DNA of 64,000 nucleotides from an uncultured Acidobacteriota bacterium (GTDB lineage Bacteria; Acidobacteriota; Polarisedimenticolia; J045): NCBI GenBank assembly GCA_963702425.1, contig CAVPCQ010000032.1, positions 32,001 to 96,000 of the forward strand, read 5' to 3'. Shown piece by piece: positions 60,743 to 64,000 of this stretch (position 1 is its first letter; each line of letters starts with the position of its first letter). The notes under the pieces were generated by a model. It saw only the letters and a program-made list of their open reading frames with translations, ran no database searches and was not told where the DNA came from. The position numbers and the translations under genes were made by a program.

Positions 60743-63019
60743 ATGAGGAGCGCCACAGTTTCCACGAGGCCGGCACCGAATTACGCCGCGCAGTTCGAGC
60801 ATGCTCCCGGCCGCCCACCGCCGATCGTCGACGAAGTGCTGCGTTCCTCCGGTGCGTCACTCGACACCCCAACGCGTGCGTACATGGAGCCGCGGTTCGG
60901 GCACGACTTCAGCCGAGTGCGTGTGCACAGTGGCGAAAATGCGGCCGCGTCCGCGTTCGCGCTCGGCGCAGAGGCTTACGCCGTCGGGCGCGATATTGTC
61001 TTCGCCGCGGATGCGTTCGCTCCAGAGACCAGCCACGGACGCGAGGTGCTCGCGCACGAACTAGCGCACACGATTCAGCAGCAAGGCGCCTCCGGCGGCC
61101 CCCCGGTTTCCGTCGGCTCCGGCGGCGGCGGGAAACTTGAGGCCAGTGCCAAAGACGCGGCGCGCACGGCTGCGAACGGCGGAGTCTTGTTGCGTGACCT
61201 GCCCGCCTGCGGCATGCGAATCCAACGTTCACCGGCCCCTGACGAACGTTGGAAGAATGATGTCGGGGCGGCCCGCTACCGCGGGCGATTGGTGGCCCGC
61301 CGAATCCGCAAGCACGGCCTGCTCTCCAAGGAGGCACGCGAAAAAATAAATCAGGAGTTGGCCTACTTCGAAGGTGCGGCCAAACAGACGTATCTGGATG
61401 AAGTGAAGCCAGTCCTGGTGAGAACGGTGGAGACCGAGATGCCGGCCACTTCGGCGAGGCGGGTTCCGAAGGTGCCGGAGATCAGGCTCGATGGTCTTGC
61501 GCCCGACCCCCGGCAGATCTCCGATGAAGAGTTGAAGCGCCCGCAGCGCGAACTCGAACAACGCGAGGGCGCTGAGGAAACAGCGGAGCGAACCGCCGAG
61601 ATTGCAAAGCTAGAGGCCAAGACCGCCGATTGGCCGCGCGAGTACCGCGATTTCGCGGTGGATCTCCTTACGTCCGTGCTCATCCAGGCGAAGAGGACCA
61701 ATATTGACCCGCGTGCGATCTCGGACCGCATTCGTCCGCAGATTCTGCAGAAGTTCCGGCTTTGGCTGGAGAATCAGGACGAGTTGATGAAGGAGGTTTG
61801 CGAACACATGCCGGACGGTGTGACCGGCGCTATTCGCAAGTCGCAGGCAAGGTTCCAACCAGCACTAGATCCCTGTCGGCGGTGGTTTGCTGACGAATAC
61901 AGCCACGGGCCTTCCGAACTGCACGAGCTAGAGAGCCGCCTCCGGCTGAACCGCCTCGATTCGGGTGGGGAAACACCGGCCGAGTATGTCTACTACGACG
62001 TCTTTGAGCTGCTCAAGAAGGTTGATCCACGTCTCCTTCAAGAAGCTGAAGACGCCGCTTCGATGGTCAGCGGCTTGGCCGCGACTGGTGGCGCGAGGGC
62101 GCGAGCAGGTGCAGCCGAGAATCTCGGCGCCACTCAGAGCGGCCGCGCCGGGAGTGCTCTTGCCGAATCCAGATCTCCGACGGTCGAAGCCGGTCCGTCG
62201 CCGAGGCCGGAGCCGGCCCCGCAAGGCGCAAGCGGGGCCCCGTCGGCCACCATCAAGTCTTCTCCGCCGCCGCCGCCGCGGCAGGTGCAGCGGCCCGGCG
62301 CGCCCACACCGGTAACCGACGTCGAGCTCGTCAAGGCCAACATCAGCTCGCCGGACTCGATCAAAGTGAAATCGCCGACGGATCATCAGGTGGAGTGGAA
62401 TGCGCGGGGCGGGCCCGAAACTGCACCACCGGCGTATCGCGACGGCCAGGGGAACGTACATGTCAGCGCCGACCATCCCCTCATGGCGAGTGCAAGCCGA
62501 GGAGGTATTCCACCCGTTTCGTCAGGCGCTCGAAGCCCTGCCGGGCCAACGCCTTCGCGGCCGTCGCCCGACACGCCGCGGGTTGTAGCGATTCCGCGCG
62601 GCGAGGTCGGGACCGCGGACACCGGCCAGGCCCCCGCGCCTGCGCCACCGGCAGTCGATCCGATGGCGGGAACACCCGCTGCTCCGGTACCCGCGCAAGC
62701 GCCGCCCGCTGCGCAAAATGTGGCGCCCGGCGCCCAGACCGGTGCCGCAGGTGCTGCGTCGAGACAGCCGCAGGCGCCGCGTCGTGGCTTTGATCCACCG
62801 CAGCCGGTCAGCCCCGAAGCGGTCGAGAAGATGCGGAGCCGACCGCCTCAGGCCGCCGACCCGCGACGCAAGGGTCGTGGCAGCAACGTTAATTACTCCA
62901 CCAATCACAAAGCCCACGAACTCGCGTGGCGACGGCTCGGCGGCCAAGGCGATTCGTCGCCGCCGGGATTCATCTACGACAACCAGGTGTACCTCGACCC
63001 GTCCCGCTGGTCCCGTTGA
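60743..63019 (+). CDS. DUF4157 (eCIS core) cargo protein with Pro-rich C-terminal region
   Basis: MEPRFGHDFSRVRVH, AYAVGRDIVF, LAHELAHTIQQ; unknown C-terminal modules. Confidence 0.85.
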   Translation: MRSATVSTRPAPNYAAQFEHAPGRPPPIVDEVLRSSGASLDTPTRAYMEPRFGHDFSRVRVHSGENAAASAFALGAEAYAVGRDIVFAADAFAPETSHGREVLAHELAHTIQQQGASGGPPVSVGSGGGGKLEASAKDAARTAANGGVLLRDLPACGMRIQRSPAPDERWKNDVGAARYRGRLVARRIRKHGLLSKEAREKINQELAYFEGAAKQTYLDEVKPVLVRTVETEMPATSARRVPKVPEIRLDGLAPDPRQISDEELKRPQRELEQREGAEETAERTAEIAKLEAKTADWPREYRDFAVDLLTSVLIQAKRTNIDPRAISDRIRPQILQKFRLWLENQDELMKEVCEHMPDGVTGAIRKSQARFQPALDPCRRWFADEYSHGPSELHELESRLRLNRLDSGGETPAEYVYYDVFELLKKVDPRLLQEAEDAASMVSGLAATGGARARAGAAENLGATQSGRAGSALAESRSPTVEAGPSPRPEPAPQGASGAPSATIKSSPPPPPRQVQRPGAPTPVTDVELVKANISSPDSIKVKSPTDHQVEWNARGGPETAPPAYRDGQGNVHVSADHPLMASASRGGIPPVSSGARSPAGPTPSRPSPDTPRVVAIPRGEVGTADTGQAPAPAPPAVDPMAGTPAAPVPAQAPPAAQNVAPGAQTGAAGAASRQPQAPRRGFDPPQPVSPEAVEKMRSRPPQAADPRRKGRGSNVNYSTNHKAHELAWRRLGGQGDSSPPGFIYDNQVYLDPSRWSR

Positions 63020-63226
63020 CCTGTCAGCCAGTAGGCACTGCGGTCCTACTTGAGCCGTATCCCCTCGTCCAGGGCGCGCAGGATCGCACCTTTGGTGGTC
63101 GAATCGAGCATCGCGGAGTCCATGGCCGACTCCACCGCTGTCCTTCGCCACGATCCCATCCGCCTGATTCCCAGCCGCCTTGTCAGTGTCGGGTTTCGCG
63201 CGCCGCACGGCCCCGCGCGCAGTCGA

Positions 63227-63940
63227 TCAATAGCCCGTGCAGTACTGGAAGTGCATCGGGTCCTTGTTGCTCCCGGGCCAGTCGCCGCCCCACTTGAAGC
63301 CGTGCTCGCGGAGGATCTGGACGAGGCGAGGATCCATGTCGCCGGCCGTCCCCATCGCGTTCGTGTTGGGATTCAGGTCGAGCGCAATACCCCAGCTGTG
63401 AGTCGACGGCCGGCTGCCCATGCGCTTCGGGCGATAGTTGTAGCAGCCGCCGTAGGTGCGTACTGCGCTGCGCAGGCCCGCGCGGTCGACCGCCTGGAAG
63501 ACCTGCACCATGATCGGCGCCAGGAGCTTGTGGCAACGGATCTTCGTGGCGAGCGGCGCGGGATTGCCCCACGCGAGCCGCATCGGGAAGGGCAATCCGA
63601 CGGAGACCATGTTCGTGCTCTCCCAGCGCGGATCGATCGTGCCGTCGGGCCGGATGAAGCGCCCGATCTCACCGAACGTCGCGAGGATCGCCTCGAGCCC
63701 GTGCGGGGGCAACACGCCCAGCGCGGGTTCCGCGACGCCCTCGACGCCTCGTGCCGCGAGTCGCGGCGGCGCCATCTCGCGCCGGCTCGGCAGCTCGATG
63801 ATCGTGCCGACGGCGGGCTTGCCCCCGCGCAGGTAACCGTTGTAGCCCGCCAAGGCTTTCCCGAGCGCCTCGTCACCGTACTGTGCCTTCGCGACCCGCT
63901 TGAACGTGTCCTTCGAGCGAAACGCATAAGTCTTGGCCAT
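63227..63940 (-). CDS. LysM-like + M15 family peptidoglycan metallopeptidase
   Basis: DTF..VA...YG....LA.YN..GTIIELP; YNYR, STHSWGIALDLN, WGGDW, DPMHFQ; AAGGAG RBS. Confidence 0.88.
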   Translation of the reverse strand: MAKTYAFRSKDTFKRVAKAQYGDEALGKALAGYNGYLRGGKPAVGTIIELPSRREMAPPRLAARGVEGVAEPALGVLPPHGLEAILATFGEIGRFIRPDGTIDPRWESTNMVSVGLPFPMRLAWGNPAPLATKIRCHKLLAPIMVQVFQAVDRAGLRSAVRTYGGCYNYRPKRMGSRPSTHSWGIALDLNPNTNAMGTAGDMDPRLVQILREHGFKWGGDWPGSNKDPMHFQYCTGY

Positions 63941-64000
63941 GCCTGTCTCCTTCAGTCTGTAGAACGGTCCGCACGGGACGAGACCCGGCACCCGCGTCAG

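Noticed and set aside
1-64000. tRNA, rRNA, CRISPR array, retron or DGR components
   Set aside because: I recognised no such RNA structures, repeat-spacer arrays or reverse transcriptase motifs by eye. Short ncRNAs could have been missed.

Overview
GC-rich bacterial window, probably from a long-read assembly because several otherwise intact genes carry single indels. It is almost all accessory conflict/defence DNA and has three parts. (1) 0.2-27.3 kb is a protease-rich cell-death island. It holds five trypsin-fold serine proteases that all carry the Thr190/His213 Glu-specificity signature, two S8 subtilases, a zinc metalloprotease, a DUF4062-STAND-TPR NLR-like protein, a bacterial gasdermin, a patatin phospholipase, a GH108 lysozyme, three TIR proteins, a UDG/amidohydrolase pair and a membrane-anchored EAD receptor module. 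A small-residue-L-E|small-hydrophobic motif recurs at the pro-domain/protease junctions and just before the C-terminal tails of the gasdermin, patatin and lysozyme. I infer a Glu-specific zymogen cascade that unlocks several death effectors. (2) 27.4-50.7 kb is an essentially complete extracellular contractile injection system (eCIS) operon on the minus strand, with a near-consensus sigma-54 promoter and an adjacent sigma-54 activator. (3) 51-64 kb holds two DUF4157 eCIS cargo genes, a TIR + nSTAND1-TM pair, IS remnants, a truncated argR and a LysM-M15 peptidase. I recognised no rRNA, tRNA or CRISPR array. All family calls come from reading motifs by eye, not from database searches.
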